Shown piece by piece: positions 62,791-64,000 of a DNA stretch of 64,000 nucleotides (the stretch's first letter is position 1; each line of letters starts with the position of its first letter). The stretch is taken from positions 40,054,001 to 40,118,000 of the forward strand of contig CM052818.1 of the NCBI GenBank assembly GCA_028534125.1. The letters are read 5' to 3'. A program made the translations under genes and the position numbers. Source of the DNA: Lama glama (Eukaryota). The notes under the pieces were generated by a model that was given only the letters and a program-made list of their open reading frames with translations, searched no databases and was not told the DNA's origin.

Positions 62791-64000
62791 CCTTGGGGAG
62801 GGGACTGCTAAGTACATCTCTAATATCCTACTTCTTCAATCTTTTAGTAGCAAAATTTCTATATTACTGAGCGTAGCAATGTGACCAGCTACAGGACATT
62901 TCCTAGGTTCTCATGCACCTTCCAGCTGCCATCTTGAGATCTCGAGGATGTGTGTTTGGTAAGAAACTCCTGTTGCTGTTTTTGTTGTTGTTTTCTGACT
63001 TTGTAACAAAATACAGTACTAGGAAATCACAGTTTAGTGGTGTGCACTCACACCTCATTAGGCTTGGGGTAGAAAAAAAGATTTAAGGTATACTTGAGGA
63101 ATGAATAGAGTCCGTGTCTGATTTAGTTTTATATACTACCCATGACACCTAGAACGGTGTTTTTCAATAATATTTTTTGCAATGGATTGAATTTGAGTAG
63201 AGGGGGAATCCAGGGAAGAACTCTTTAAAATAAAAGTCTATAGGTAGAAACACAAGGAGATATGTCTCCTCCTTTCTCTTCACTTTCCGCTTCCCTCTTC
63301 ACTTTCCAGCCTAAGGTCCCAAGTGTTACCTGATGTTCATCACTCAGGTGCTCTGAGCTTTGGGCCTTAGTGGAACATACTGTTGATTCCTTGGGCTAAA
63401 AACAGGTCTGTTTTCCACCTGCATCTATGCAGAGATCTGGTACGCATCTAACATTGATTTGAGGCGTACAGATGACAGGACTGGCAAATATAAGAGTGGT
63501 TACTTTTGGGCAAGCTGAGCTGAACTATACTCTTTTGCTGAGAATGCCTGTTATCCAGAGGTTGAATGGAGCTCTGGTTTTGAAGTCTTTAAGAAGACTC
63601 TCCACTCCCAGCATGTGATGCCATGTCAGCCTCTGCTTTATCTCACTGAGGTCATGTCAGCTGGGTTAAATTTACTGTGGCATTCAGATGGAGCTGTCGA
63701 CCACATGGCAGAGGCATTACTAGTAGTTACCTATTGATTTGGAAACAAATAGCTGAAACGACCTTACTGAGTTAGTTTGCTTTGTGTGAACATAGGCCCA
63801 TAATCATCAATGTTTTATGATTCTTAAAAAAGCAAAAATGAAAAAAAAAGATATATTATCTTAGAATTGATCTGCTTCTAAAATATTTCAGCAGTATGAA
63901 AATTGCTGACACATTTCCATCATAGAGGTATTCCTTTTCCTAGAACAGGAGTTGGGCGAGTGGAAAAATAAAGACTATCGAGGCTGCAGAAAAGCTGAGG

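Noticed and set aside
1..64000. tRNA, rRNA, snRNA or prokaryote-like operons and defence systems
   Set aside because: None recognised; the window is repeat-rich mammalian non-coding DNA

Overview
Mammalian (eutherian) genomic DNA, mostly intergenic or intronic. It is dense in ancient repeats: L1M, L2, MIR, L3/CR1, MaLR/ERVL LTRs, and hAT and TcMar DNA transposons. Young 5'-truncated L1 3' ends of camelid/cetartiodactyl type (19032-19258, ~44987-45063, ~57915-58137), and no recognisable Alu, B1, BovB or PRE-1, suggest a camelid genome (inference). I could not recognise any protein-coding gene, RNA gene, CRISPR array or prokaryote-type system; the supplied ORFs are short chance ORFs or decayed TE frames. 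There are two assembly gaps (5529-5628, 42008-42507). The second has CpG-enriched flanks and an adjacent CTCF-like motif, and may hide a CpG-island promoter. Observations worth follow-up: a speculative minus-strand spliced transcript from that gap to a 3'UTR-like segment at ~29.8-30.9 kb; an unassigned ~105-bp palindrome at 48.5 kb; nested TE stacks; a probable twin-primed inverted L1 with AT-to-GC-biased divergence; and several enhancer-like motif clusters. Repeat family names come from my recollection of consensus sequences, not from a database search, and most repeat boundaries are approximate.
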